Positions 50,055 through 63,010 of a stretch of 64,000 nt of DNA are shown here, piece by piece. Made by a program: the position numbers and the translations under genes. The notes beneath the pieces were generated by a model that did no database searches, was not told the DNA's origin, and saw only the letters and a program-made list of their open reading frames with translations. How positions within the stretch are numbered: position 1 is the first letter of the stretch; each line of letters opens with the position of its first letter. This DNA is from Callorhinchus milii (lineage: Eukaryota): NCBI RefSeq assembly GCF_018977255.1, contig NW_024704742.1, forward strand, positions 83,206,001 through 83,270,000. The letters run 5' to 3'.

Positions 50055-50720
50055 AGAACAACAATATAAATTTGTATAGTGCCTTTCACGTTGGGAGGAA
50101 AACAACAACTCACACTTATATAGCTCCCGCTACGAAGGTGCAGTCGAAGAAGAAGGTCTTGGGATGGTTTTCAAAGAGGCAAGGGAGGGAGCGAGGTAAA
50201 GGGACTGTGAGATGGAGTTCCAAAGGTTAGTGTCAAAAAGGGTGAAGACCCAACTTCCAATGGTCTCAAAGCACTTCACATAACTGACTGGGAGCTTGAG
50301 CTGAAACGGAAGCTGAGAAGTGGGGAGAAAGGAGATTGAAAACACAGCTGAAGAGATAGGTCTTAAGGTGGGTTTTGAAAGCAGGGAGGAAGATGCAAGA
50401 TGCAGGGATTCTGGGATGGAGTTCCAGAGTGAGAGAGAGAGAGACAGCAGAGTAGCTGAAGACTCAGCAATGTGATTGTGGGGTATTGCTGGGAGGACAA
50501 GAAGCAGGTCGATGTGTGCTGAGCTGAGGCCAGGCCAGGGTAGTTAGGCTATCAGGAGGTCACAGAGGGGTGAGGGCACGGAGGCATTAGAAAGCAAGGA
50601 GAAGAATTTTGCGTTCAATCCGCTGGGAGATGGGGAGGTTATGGAGCTGAGTGAGAATAGGAATGATGGACTCAAAAAGCCTTGTGCAGGAGAAAACATG
50701 TGCTGTAGAGTTCTGGATGG
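50055..50720 (-). mobile_element. Cluster of decayed L2 3' fragments
   Basis: LWNSISQSLYLAPSLASLK, ggagttccagag, gctgtagagttctggatg and tail remnants. Confidence 0.7.
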
Positions 50721-52029
50721 AAATCCATATGGTTCATTTGAAATCATCCCTCTGGCACTATCCTATCATGACATTTATTTGAATTTTGAATAACCTTGAA
50801 TTATTTTGCCTCTGTTGCTTTGATCCATATAGCACCTTTCCTTGTCTGACATAACATCTCTTGCGACTACTCTCTGCTTCTCATTAGCATCTTATCCAAT
50901 CTCACTTTTTTTTAACACAGCGGATTCCTGCAGAGATAGGAGATGGGGAGAATAGTTTTAAATTCAACTCGGTGAGGTTGAAGAAAGAAGAAACAACATA
51001 TGGGATTGTGTATTGGAAAAACAGGAGTTATTTATCTGAAGAGGATTTTTTAAGTGGCTTCAGTATTTGACCATCCATACAATAATCAATTGTTACACCA
51101 AAGTCGACTGACCTCCCATCTCGTGTATGAGGGCCATAGCACAGAAGGCCAGACTTTGCTTCCGCGCAAACGTTTGAGTTAAGTGTAAAGGATTGCTTTT
51201 GCTAACAAAGATGATGAGCCTTTGAAGAATAAGGTGACTTGTTTAGCTTCACTGAAGCATGCCCAGGCATCATCAATGTCATTTTTTGGGGGACACTTGG
51301 TAGCTTAAACAGCAACGCACGTCCTCTCACCTCCTCACGCTACCTCCGTTGCAACACTTCTGCTTCAAATTGATGGCTTTTTATCAGAAAGCGTTAAAAA
51401 ATATTAACAATTGAGCTCCCAAGTGTGACAAGCAGGAGGACAGCAAACCGACAGAAGCGATGCTGCTACTCAACACAAGTGAAAGACCATTCTTCTTCTT
51501 CCATTTACAGCGCTCACTCAGTAGTAGAAAAACAATTAATTCAGCAGTGGAATTTATAAAAATCCCGCACACAAACAGTTTCCCTCCCACACAGACCACA
51601 CAATGCTTTATTTTCCTGTTTATTGTTAAAATAAGCTTTTAGAAATCTGAGAGTCTAGCAAGAGAAAGGAAAAATATGCAGTGCTGAATAATAATAAAGA
51701 TTGCTGCGTTAAACTATCAATGTATTGTTACTCACCGATTTCACTCAGTCACTGAATTGACGGAAAAGTGGGTTTCCAATACCCATTTATAGAAAGACCG
51801 ACTGTCTTCATAGAAAATAGTTGGCAAAATTATTTTGTTTATGAAGTAAGAGAAGAAGAGCCAGGGGACATGCACAGATTCGTGATTAAATATTGGAATG
51901 TGATTGTTTTAATGTTAATGCTTTGCAAACAAATGCGAATAGTCCCAAATACTTACAGGGTGAAAAAATTATTTCTTATCAGAAAGCATCTGCACTGCAT
52001 TCCTAATTAGCTTTGACATTACATTCTCT

Positions 52030-52340
52030 ACCACAAGATTGGTTCAGATGAAGAAGTCTCTTTGGCCCCAACCTATGATCTCATCCCTCCAGAACACTCA
52101 CCCTCCATCCCCTCACCCCAGCACCAAGCGGCTTGTTAAATGACTCCAGTCCAGTATCCTGGTCTCTATCGTTTTTCCTGGCAACCTGTTCCAGTCATTG
52201 ATTACCCTCTGGATAAAGAAAACCCTCCTTGGATTTGTCCTGAAATTGTGTTTTACAACTCTAAATCAATATCCTCTTGTTCTACTGGTTTTAATTTTTC
52301 AGTCTCATTTAAAATTGTATACATCTCTTATGAGATTGCT
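52030..52340 (-). mobile_element. CR1 3' end fragment
   Basis: Similar to 28495-28800 (tggttcagatgaagaag...ggcaacctg...attaccc). Confidence 0.6.
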
Positions 52341-52429
52341 TCTGGGTCAGTTTCCCTCAATACTGAAAGACCATACTCTGCCCCACAACATCATCTCTGG
52401 GTATTTTACTGTTTGTTTTTATGATGTTG

Positions 52430-52725
52430 AGAAACCAGCCAGGAGTTCCCAATGGAAAAACAGTGAAACCATATATGAACCAAGAATTGAGATCAAGGAA
52501 GCGTCTTGTGATGAAGATATGGAATGCTCAGCCCCAAAAAGCTGAAAAGGCAGAATCAACAGGATGTTTAAAAGTTAAGACAGATACCTGTGTGGTAGAG
52601 CTATAAAGGGGATATGGCAAAAGGCTGAGTCAATAGGATTAAAATGCCAAGATCCCAAGTTCTAATAAACTGGTGGAACAGGCTTGATGAGCTCAACAGG
52701 CTGTCTGTTCCTTTTTTCCTATAAT
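52430..52725 (+). mobile_element. CR1 3' end fragment
   Basis: tggaatgctcagccccaaaaagctgaaaaggcagaatca...ggtggaacaggcttgatgagctcaac. Confidence 0.55.
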
Positions 52726-52859
52726 CCTGTTTCCTAAATAGAGGATATTCAGACTTCTTCCAAGTCACTCAAAGCAAATGCATTTGTCCACTGTACATAT
52801 CAAAGTGGATTCAGATCTCATCCTTATTGACATCTGTGGAAAACTCCATAGAATCTGTA

Positions 52860-53083
52860 GGTTGTTAGTCGATTGGCAGATTATTTACTGGGGGTAATAA
52901 TCCCTTTTTAAAAAAATGGGTCACTCAATCCATGATCATTCGTGGGACACTGCTGTGTGCAATCGGTGCTGCGATTCGTTCATAAAATGCACCGTCAATT
53001 CACTTTATTCTGTGAAGCACTTTGAGATGTCTCGTGATAAGGTGCTATATGAAATGCAAGGATTATTATTATTATCATCATCA
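52860..53083 (+). mobile_element. 5'-truncated tRNA(Ala) SINE, long variant
   Basis: gttgttagtcgattgg...gtgggacactgctgtgtgcaat...aaggattattatt. Confidence 0.85.
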
Positions 53084-53105
53084 TTTTGACGGAAACTTGA
53101 GGGCA

Positions 53106-53119
53106 GTCGCTATGGCAAC
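53106..53119. promoter_or_regulatory. RFX X-box-like site GTCGCTATGGCAAC
   Basis: Matches the RFX consensus GTNRCY-AT-RGYAAC, at the start of a repeat-free island. Motif match only. Confidence 0.4.
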
Positions 53120-55187
53120 CAAACATATCTTAAAGCATGTTATTTTTAGCGTGATTATTGTTTTGGCTACATTGACAAGCCAATCACAATTGCCATCAGG
53201 AAAGGCAGCGTGCAAGTCATTTCCTACAAATGTGACAAAGTTGACGACCTATAGGTTTAAGCTAAATGGATCATTTCATGCCAACATCTCACTGCAGAAT
53301 CCCATTTGCAGGTACTGCAGCGTTTATCAAAACTTGTTTCAGGATAACTTTTCAGTTAAATTGACTTATTACAGGCACAGCAGGCAAATATGAGGAAAAC
53401 ATATTCTGATGGATTTATTCCTGTCAATAATGTTGATACGCACAAGCATTAATTTGCTCCAAATGATCCTGTGTCAATTTATGCCATATCATGCCCTATT
53501 GAATTAAATTCTTAGCAAGGCTACAGTGCAGTGGAGGGCATGCACATGATCAAATAATTAGCCCCATCACACATGTTGATTATTTAGACGTGAAACAAAA
53601 TGATAACATATTCATTCTGTTTCTAGATACAAAATGCAATTGTGTCCACACTTCCTGCTGACAACATGAAGCTGTTTACCAAATAAAGATTCTGCAGCAT
53701 TTCTGGGGTGAAACCCTGAGAATAGAATGGTGCTACAAAAGGTCATAGTGATCCAGGATTGAAGAGGAAAAAATATTTAGGTTCTTGATCCTAAAAGCAA
53801 TTCAGTGGATGTGCCCCTCCACCACCACCAATCTCCTATCTAAAGCGTGAACTAGCTCGGTGCAGTATAAATGAAGAGACACCACACTTAGGATACAAGA
53901 GAAAGCTCAGTGGTTCCGTGGACTCTTGTTTTTCTTTTATTCATCAGTTGATGCTTTTTATGAATAGAAGGCTTTTATGAGTTGCTAAAAGTGACTTCAT
54001 ATATTGATTCATGGCCACAAGCACCACAATGGCTCACAGTGAATGTTGGGCAAGAACAGCTTTGGGCTCAGCTTTGACGTCTCGTAAAGTCAAATGTCTG
54101 CTGACACGTTCTCTGGTCTCGTATATGAAACGTGCCCACTTTGGTGAGGTAACATAGGGCTGCTTAATGGTTTGTTGTCTTCTGAGATCAACTTACTATT
54201 GACCTGGGTGGAGATCTGCTAAGGAACACAGACCAAGACCTAAAACTGAAACCTTTCAGATCTCCATATGCTAACTTGCTAAAGTTGCAATTGTTTCCAC
54301 TAAATCTTTCTTAAAGTACTACATTTAATTGTAAAGTATATTGTAAAGACTACAAAGAATTTGTTTGTTCCCCTATATCTCAGGTTTACTTCACTCTAGG
54401 CATTATCTTTGCCAAAAGAGCCTGTAGAGGTATTTTAATTTGACATTTGAGACATGAAAGAACACAGATAAGTAGGTGAAGAAAGTCACTGTAATGAAAA
54501 GCCTTACAATATTTGTGATCCATTTTCTAATGAGTTTACATTGTTGTAGAATCCATGTCTGAAAAAGAAATGGCATCTCATGTACAGTAATGTTCCATTC
54601 ATCCAATTGAGTTTCTGTTCCCAAAATAAATAGCAAAATCGTAGCTTTTATAACTAAACAATAAACTCAAGTGTAGCTAGATTCCAGCTAACTGGCAGTC
54701 GGATGCCAGGATCAGCCAGAATTCCAGGATACAGAATTCCAATATCGTGAACCTGACTTCATGGCTATACCACTTGATGAAGGGTATCTTTCTCTGTCAC
54801 ATTCAGAGAACACTCAATGTGATGAGTATCTAATAACTTGCTAAAATGACCTTCATGACAATGTCAGCCTGCACAGCAGCTAATCTGCACCAGCAGATTC
54901 ACGCAACAGGAATGAGTTGAATGACCAATTGCTCGGTGAGTTACATTTGGTTAATTGGGATGAGAGAGGAATATTATTCAGCACACGCAAAGAATCTCTG
55001 CTCTTCCTCAACATCCATGTGAACTACCAGAAACAAACAGACAGTATATCATTGAAATGACAGCACCTTCAACAATGAAGCTCACTCAATACTGTACCAA
55101 AGTGTGAGTCAAGTCTATGGGTTTGAGTATTGATGTGGAGTTTAAACCTTGTGACCAGACCAATTGCTAACCTCACTGGCAGAAACC

Positions 55188-55362
55188 ATTACCCTCAGAA
55201 AGTGATCTGCCAATGATTAACAACCGGGTTCCTACTTACTGCTAAGTAAACAGAGGCATTTGGAGTAAGGAAACTTACCCGAGGTTTCACCCCGCCTGGG
55301 AATTAAACCCAGGTTCTCTCACATGCGAGGCGAGCATGCTAACCAATACGCTATGGGATTCC
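55188..55362 (-). mobile_element. tRNA(Ala) SINE 5' half, long variant
   Basis: Head and central block. Confidence 0.85.
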
Positions 55363-56289
55363 TATCTAAGGATTATACACAGTTAAAGAAAGCAAAGGAA
55401 CAATATAGAATTGAAAACAGACGTATAAGTGTAGAATTGCCTTGCTTCTCGGTTTGCTAAAGTAAAAAGTAAATAATGAATGAAATGTTCCACTCCAAAG
55501 AAGGAACATACAGATGTACAAAATGTGCATTAGATTATTTTGTGCAGTATTGTGCAGAATGATTTTTGTATAAAATTGGCACATTTTCTCCTCGCCTACA
55601 TATCCCAAACACATGATGCACAACACATCTAAAACTGCACAAATTCACTGCCAACTGGGGAGAGGGGGTTGAGGCACACTCATAAATATCTACTTTATAG
55701 GTGAGTAGAGAGGTCATGTTGAGAATCTTATTATCTCTTACAACCTTTGATGTTTTTCCAACAAAACGCATTCTGTTCATAATTTCTTTTCACCACTGGA
55801 TCTTTTCGTTATTTCACATTGCAGTCGGCACAATGCCTGTGGAGCCGGATTTCAACAAGCCTCAGTAATTGTTATGTGTTTTCCTCGAGAATCTTGCCAT
55901 AGATATGAATAGACCTGTCATTTTTTTCATATTTTCTCCATGAAGGGCTGACATTTAGTGAACGCTTGCCCAGTTACAGTGAATAAAAAACAGTGAAAAA
56001 TCAGTGATTTATAATAATAAATAACAATCCTTGATGAAAGCACCTTATCACATCAAAAAGTTACAAAACCATATTAATTAGACAAGGCCCTGTTGTGAAT
56101 TTGGAAACGGTACAGCTGGTGTCTTCTCCATGTAAAGAGAGATAGAGAGGGAGACACATACGTAAACTCCTTCTATATGTGTGTGTTTGCCATTCTTTCT
56201 CTTATCCTTACTTCTATCAGTGTGCATGTCTCTCGTTCTCTATTCTTATACTTAACAAATAAGAATCTGTGTAGTTTATGTAGTACTTA

Positions 56290-56595
56290 TGTCCAGATGT
56301 CTCAAAACACTTTACAGTAATTATTAAGTGTGTTGACTATTTATTTAAAGGTAAATGTGACAGCCAATTTGTGCACATCAATGTCCCACACATAGCCTAG
56401 AGGTGATAAACAAATCGGATTTTGTTGGCCAAGACACTGAAGAAACTCTTCTTTTACCGAATAGTGTCATGGATTCTTTAACATCCACCTAAAAAAACAG
56501 ACGGGAGCTCAACTTAGAACTTATCATTTGAAGGGCAGCACCTCTGACACTGGTGTGCTTCCCCAACATTGTACTGGATTGTCAGTCTACACTGT
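56290..56595 (-). mobile_element. Deu-domain SINE
   Basis: gttggccaagacactgaagaaactct...atagtgtcatggattctttaacatccacct. Confidence 0.65.
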
Positions 56596-56689
56596 GGGTT
56601 ACCTGGAATATTATTGATATTATTGTGTACTTATCTTATATTATTGTAACCTTATACACTATCCTTGCCTGGTTCCACTAGCTCCCTAA

Positions 56690-57090
56690 CCTCCAGAGGA
56701 AAGAGTTCAAAATTTTTGTCTTCGTCTTCAAAGCCCTCCATGGTCTTACTCCTCCCTACCTCTGTGACCTGCTAACTCCACATCGATCTGTCCGCTTCTT
56801 CCATTCAGCAGTCTCAGGCCTGCTCCATCGGTGGTCGGGCCTTCAGCCTCTCTGCCCCACCCTTTGGAAATCCATCCCACAGTACTTTTGCCTCGCTCCC
56901 TCCCTTGCCTCCTTCAAGGCACCTCTCAAGATCCTCCTCTTCAACTGCATTCACCCTCTTACCCCTACCCTGCCTGCCTTCCACCCCTCCTGAACCCAAC
57001 CTCCAGCTTGGGTCCAAATCCCTGATTGTCCATCGCTTTTGGAGTCCTCCCGAAATGAAAGGCGCTATACAAATGCAATTTGTTGTTGTT
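56690..57090 (+). mobile_element. L2 LINE 3' fragment
   Basis: FKIFVFVFKALHGLTPPYLCDLL, ccatcggtggtcgggccttcagc, tail with (TTG)n. Confidence 0.85.
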
Positions 57091-57852
57091 GATGGTTCAG
57101 TCCCAATCCATTGAAACTGTGATCCTGGATACTTAGCGTACATGCATGCAACTGATAAAAATTCCATAACGAATACAACAACAACAACAAGATTCCATTT
57201 ATAGAGCGCCTTTCACGTCGGGAGGATGTCCCAAGGCGCTGAAATATGTTGTGCAATGCCATAAACTTCATTCCACTCCACTCCACTCCAATATCTATCA
57301 GGCATTTATATAGTATATTAGAGATTATAGCCCACTCAGGGATGCAATGATCATTATAAAACAGCCAGATAACCTTCCCATCATAATCACTAGAATAATA
57401 TTGTCCATGTCCTAAACTTCAGAACTGAAGCATTGCAACACTATACTGGTCTAAAGAGGGTGGAGAATAAGGGGGAGCAATTGGTGAGCACACTATCACA
57501 ATTGGTTATCACCTGGGCTAATAGAAAAGTGTAGATATATTTGCAAAACTTTTTGGAGAGCTTTGCAAATCTTATGGGAAATTCTGGGGCTTTGCATAAT
57601 TTTGTCGGAAAATTGTGGGGGTGGTTGGTGCTATTGAGGTACATTTTACTGCTACATTTTTTCACTTTATTGATCAAAACTAAACATAAGGAAATAACAC
57701 ATATTAGATAGTTGCCAAAAATTTTGAATTGCTTCTTTCACAAAAACTGGGTGGTCATTTGTTTTTGGTGGGGTGGACACCAGCGAGGCTACAGGAGCTC
57801 ATCACTGTACACAGACACAGAGACCTAGAGAGAGACACACATTCACAGACAC

Positions 57853-58624
57853 TGAAGTCACAGCCGCCGATGGTGGAGCGGAGGATTTGGGGGACAAGGT
57901 GGAGGCCAGACCCAGTGGAGCGAAGGCAACGGAAACTGTTGTGAAGAGAGAGGAGGTCAGAGAGGTAGGGAGGTGCAGAGGAGTGGAGGGATTTGAAGAA
58001 AGGGTGAGGATCTTGAAGTCGATCCTCTCTGGGACAGGCAGCCAGTACAGTCTGGCAAGGTCTGGGGTGATCGGGGAGCGAGCGGAGTTTGGTGCGGGTG
58101 AGAATGCGGGTGGCAGAGTTTTGTATGACCTGGATTTTATGGATGGTAGTGGAGGGGAGACCGGCGAGGAGGGCGTTTGAATAGTCCAACCGAGAGGTGA
58201 CAAAGGTATGGACCAGGGTTTTGGCGGGTTTGGAGTGAGGTATTGGCGGAGACGGGCGATACATCGGAGGTGGAAGAAAGCGATGCTGGTGAGGGACCAG
58301 ATGTGGGTGAGGAAGGGTAATTGGGGGTCGAACCTGAACCCTAGGCTGCGTACGGGTTCGGAGAGTTTTAGTGGGAGGTCGGGTAGGTGGAGGAGGTGAG
58401 AACCATGTGAATTTAGACGTTGACGAGAGCCAAAGAATATGGCTTCCATCTTGTCAACATTTAGCTGAAGGAAATTCGCGGTCATCCAGCTCCTGAAGTC
58501 TGACAGGCAGACTGACAGAACATCAGGGGACTGGGGGTCGCAAAGTGAGGTGGAAAAATAGAGTTGGGTGTCATCCGCATACATGTGGAAGTGTACCCCA
58601 TATCTGCGGATGACATCCCCAAGA
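57853..58624 (-). mobile_element. L2 RT internal fragment, truncated at both ends
   Basis: [68 protein letters not shown]; no 3' tail. Confidence 0.9.
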
Positions 58625-59930
58625 CTCACACACACAGACACTGAGAAAGACACACACTCACAGACATACACACACACACTCATAGAGAGACACACAGAGA
58701 AACACACACAGAGACACACACGGACACAGAGAGGTACACAGAGAGGCACACACAGACACAGAGAGACACACACACACTCAAGTGGAGGCACACAGAGAGG
58801 CACATACACAGACACAGATAGACACACACTCACAGAGAGATACAGACACAGAGAGACACACAGAAGGACATAGAGAGACACACTCACAGACATAGACACA
58901 CACACACTCACAGACAGACAGAGAGACACTCATAGACATAGTGAGACACACAGAGACACACACTCAAAGACACCGAAAGACACACAGAGACGCACACTCA
59001 GAGACACAGAGAGACACAGAGACACACACTCAGAGACACAGAGAGACACAATCAGAGACACAGACATACAGAAAGACACACACTCAGAGACACAGACCCA
59101 CAGAGAGACACACTCAGAGACACAGACACACAGAAAGACACACACTCGGAGACACAGACACACAGAGAGACACACTCAGAGACAGACACACAGAGAGACA
59201 CACTCAGAGACACAGACACACAGAAAGACACACACTCGGAGACACAGACACACAGAGAGACACACTCAGAGACACAGACACACAGAGAGACACACTCAGA
59301 GACACAGACACACAGAAAGACACACTCGGAGACACAGACACACAGAGAGACACACTCAGAGACATAGACACACAGAGAGACACACTCAAAGACACAGACA
59401 CACAGAGAGACACACTCAGAGACACAGAAACACAGAGAGACATACACTCAGAGACACAGACACACAGAGAGACACACTCAGAGACACAGACACACAGAGA
59501 GACACACTCAGAGACACAGACACACAGAAAGACACACACTCGGAGACACAGACACACAGAGAGACACACTCAGAGACAGAGACACACAGAGAGACACACT
59601 CAGAGACACAGACACACAGAGAGACACACTCAGAGACACAGACACACAGAAAGACACACACTCGGAGACACAGACACACAGAGAGACACACTCAGAGACA
59701 GACACACAGAGAGACACACTCAGAGACACAGACACACAGAGAGACACACTCAGAGACATAGACACACATTGAGGAGACACATACACACAGAGAGACACAC
59801 TCAGAGACATAGACACACAGAGAGACACACTCAGAGACACAGACACACAGAGAGACACACTCAGAGACACACACTCAGAGACACAGACACACACAGAGAC
59901 ACACTCAGAGACATAGACAGACACACAGAC
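58625..59930 (+). repeat. GA/CA-rich minisatellite, about 30-bp unit cacagagagacacactcagagacacagaca
   Basis: Read directly; variant unit ctcgga at 59145, 59235, 59325, 59539 and 59661. Confidence 0.95.
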
Positions 59931-61519
59931 AATCACAACAGCGGGGTCTCCGAGAGGAGCCCATTTGCCGCTTGTGCCTTACTGCGCATGTGTGTTCAGA
60001 GCCGTTCCACACCACAGTAACATCAGGTAAACAGTCGAGTGGTCCGCGGGCCAGAAACCACACTTATGGCGGGTTTGTAGCGGGCGAGGGACATTGTAGC
60101 GGGAAAGGTGCGGCCGCACCTTTCTATTGGCCCACGTTATCACCCTTCACAGTTGGTGAGCACACTGTGACCTCTGGTTAGCATACCAAGTTTCTGGGTG
60201 TCGGTTGTTGGGTCTTGAAATAAGGATTGGTCATACACGATGAAGAATATATGAACACTGGGAACGCTATAATTTCTTCTTGGCAATTGCATCTTTGACA
60301 TTCGCAGAGTTGGAATTATAGAAAGTTTACAGCACAGAAAGAGTCCATTCAGCCCAGTGTGTGCGTGTGTGTGTGTGTGTGCTGGTGCTAGCTCCTCCAT
60401 TGGCACTATGTACTCTAATCCTATTTCTCTTTCCCTTCAATATTATTTTTCTTGGAAGTATTTATGCAATACTCCAGTAAATGCTGCTTCGAAAGTCAGT
60501 GATACCATTGATGTTAAGTGCAAGTATTCTGAGTCCTTGCCATCTTTTGTGTCAAAGTGGAGTCTTTCTCTTAAACAGATTCACGCCACATGTGGCTGAG
60601 CACAATCATTCTGCATACTTTGGCTGGTTCATATTGCAAGGTCTGCTGTCTAAGGGCCAAGGCACAAGGCAGAATTGCTGCCTAATGACACAGAATGTTT
60701 GCTCAGCAGTGCTATTTTGTATGCCTCATTGTACCTGTGCGAAGCAGTCATGAGATACATTTTCGGGCCAACGTAGAAATGCACAACAAGCACCAGCAGC
60801 CTTCAGTTGTTCATCACGTTCAACTGCTGCAGCTAGCGATCAGATGTTGTTGAAGGGAATTGTGCAATGACATTGAACATGGATTGAGGCACAGATACAA
60901 TCAGCCAATTGGCCTCCTCGTGTTCTTAAAATGTTTGCATTTCTATGTCTCCATATTGTTTTACTGTACATTGCAGACCATCTATACATTCAGTCACAAC
61001 ACTTCAGAGCAATTACTTGTGAAATATTTTGAGATATTTCAATGTGAAATGCGAGGATTATCACTAGTTATTTTACGAGAATGTAGGTTTTTGAAACTGT
61101 TGAAGCTATCGATTGGCTGTGCATCATTTCCTTCCTTCCTTCCTTCCTTCCTTCCTTCCTTAATTACCCACCCAATATATTTGCAGCTCATAATGCCCAA
61201 GACCTTGATCTGGCAATAGCATACAGTAGCCGCTGACTCTGCATCTGTGGATCTGGCTCTTCATGCAAATCAATGAGTCTGTAACCTCTGGAGCAGTGCA
61301 GCTGTCGCATCTTAAATTAATCTTAAATAATTCTCTGGTTAACGCCCACTAAATCACCGTTAGAGGGACTGAAATTATAGAGTGGTGACAAAAAAATTCA
61401 GGGTAGCTGTGACATTCAAAGCAAAGGCAGAGCAGATCTTGTCCAAGGGGGAGACCCTCTGCACTTAAGAAAGTTTATCATTTTCCTGAGGAGTGACAAC
61501 CTCTTCTGTCAATTCCACA

Positions 61520-61840
61520 TAAGGTAGTTTGGATCTGCACATGCTCTGCACCAGGTTATGTTCTTTGCCACCATTGGCAGTGAAGCTTTCAGCCTTTCTG
61601 CCCCACTCTTTGGAATCCATCCCACAGTTCCTTCGCCTCACCCCCTCCCTTGCCTCTTTCAAGGCCCATTTCAAAACTCTCCTCTCTGACCTCGCCTTCA
61701 GTCACCCTCCTTACTCCTACCCTCCTGCCCTCCACTCCTTCCGATCTCAACCCCTGGCTCAGAACCTTGAGACATCCTCCCAGTGAGACACCATCCGGCG
61801 TGGAGGGCACTATATAAATCCAAGTTGTTGTTGTTGTTGA
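61520..61840 (+). mobile_element. L2 LINE 3' fragment
   Basis: ESIPQFLRLTPSLASFKAHFKTLL and tail with (TTG)n. Confidence 0.8.
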
Positions 61841-62369
61841 AAGGCGCAATACTAATAAAATTTGTTGATTTTGTTGATGTCTGAAAATCTTGGTACTGTT
61901 GACAGTCACCTATAAGTCAATTCACTCCTCATCTAAAGCTTGACATTTCTCATGGCCTTAGCTTTTCAGACCGTTTTGTTTCAAAATTTAAGATGGAGCA
62001 AAATATTAGAAAGTTCTTGAATTCAGTCTTCATTTGGAAGCTAGTTCTTAAAACAGATTTATAAATCAAGGTTGAAACTAAGAATTATACAAACATTTAC
62101 ACGATTTTAGAATTTTTAGACCATGGCGTAAAGCCTTGAGAAATTTCAGAACTCCGAACATATCTGCAATCACTCCATTGTGCCATTGCTGTAAACTTAT
62201 TAATGATATAGCACCCCTTCGTTATTGAAGAAAAGATAGTTCAGTAAATCCGACGAAACCGAAGGTTGTAACATAAAACAAAATGAAATGCACCATCGAG
62301 TTTCATTCAATGTGTGGTTGGAGTAACAACACAGCAACATCAATATAGTCATGGCATTTTGCAAGCCCA

Positions 62370-62595
62370 TGCTCATAAGGGTAGTGGAAGATCCGGAACT
62401 CTCTTTCCCCAAAAGGTTGTGGCTGCTGGATCAGTTTACAATTTTCAGGTTGATAAATTTGTGTTAGGCAAGGATATCAAGGATTATGGAGCAAAGGCAG
62501 GTAAAATGAGTTGAGGTACAGATCAGCCATGATCTAATAGAATGGCGGAACAGGCTCAAATTGTTGAATGACCTACTCCTGTTACTATGTTCCAA
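62370..62595 (+). mobile_element. CR1 (shark HER1-like) 3' end
   Basis: ggaactctctt.cccaaaaggttgtgg...atcaaggattatgg...cagatcagccatgatct...gaatggcggaacaggctc...cctactcctg. Confidence 0.75.
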
Positions 62596-62857
62596 TGCAG
62601 GACTACCTACTTTCAAACAGTGTCAGTATGTTCTGTTGAAAACTCCGTCATTTGGCACCTTTCATGTCGTGAGGGTGTCTCAAAGTACTTCACAGGATTT
62701 AACTGTAAAATGTAATTGACAATATATTTCAGAACAACAGCAGCAAAATTATATTTGTATAGTGCCTTTCACGTCGGGAGGACGTCTCAAGGCACTAGAA
62801 CGGATTGAAAAGTACAGTAAATGTACTGACATAGTGCAAATGCTGGCTTTGTTTTAT

Positions 62858-63010
62858 TTATAATCCTTGTATTTGATATAGATGCCTTTTTGCGTTGTTG
62901 AGAAGTGTCCAAGAGCTTCACCGGTTACAATGTAAAGCAGAATGGCTGCATTTTGTGGGCGAAACATGGCAGCCAATTTGTACACAACGATGTCCCACAA
63001 ATAGCCACAA
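62858..63010 (-). mobile_element. SINE 3' half
   Basis: aatccttgtatttgatata...gtgggcgaaacatggcagccaattt...gtcccaca. Confidence 0.75.

Larger units (their letters stand above)
57513..60135. mobile_element. Non-autonomous hAT-like transposon, copy 2, containing an L2 RT fragment and an expanded satellite
   Basis: TIRs ctgggctaatagaaaagtg and cacctttctattggcccac; perfect 8-bp TSD gttatcac (57505-57512, 60136-60143). Confidence 0.85.

Noticed and set aside
58625..59930. CRISPR-like array
   Set aside because: Head-to-tail low-complexity units with no unique spacers and no cas genes, in a vertebrate context
58568..60020. Long ORFs such as 58941..60020 (359 aa) and the N-terminal part of 57802..58929
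   Set aside because: They are translations of a stop-free GA/CA satellite; only the L2-derived part is protein-like
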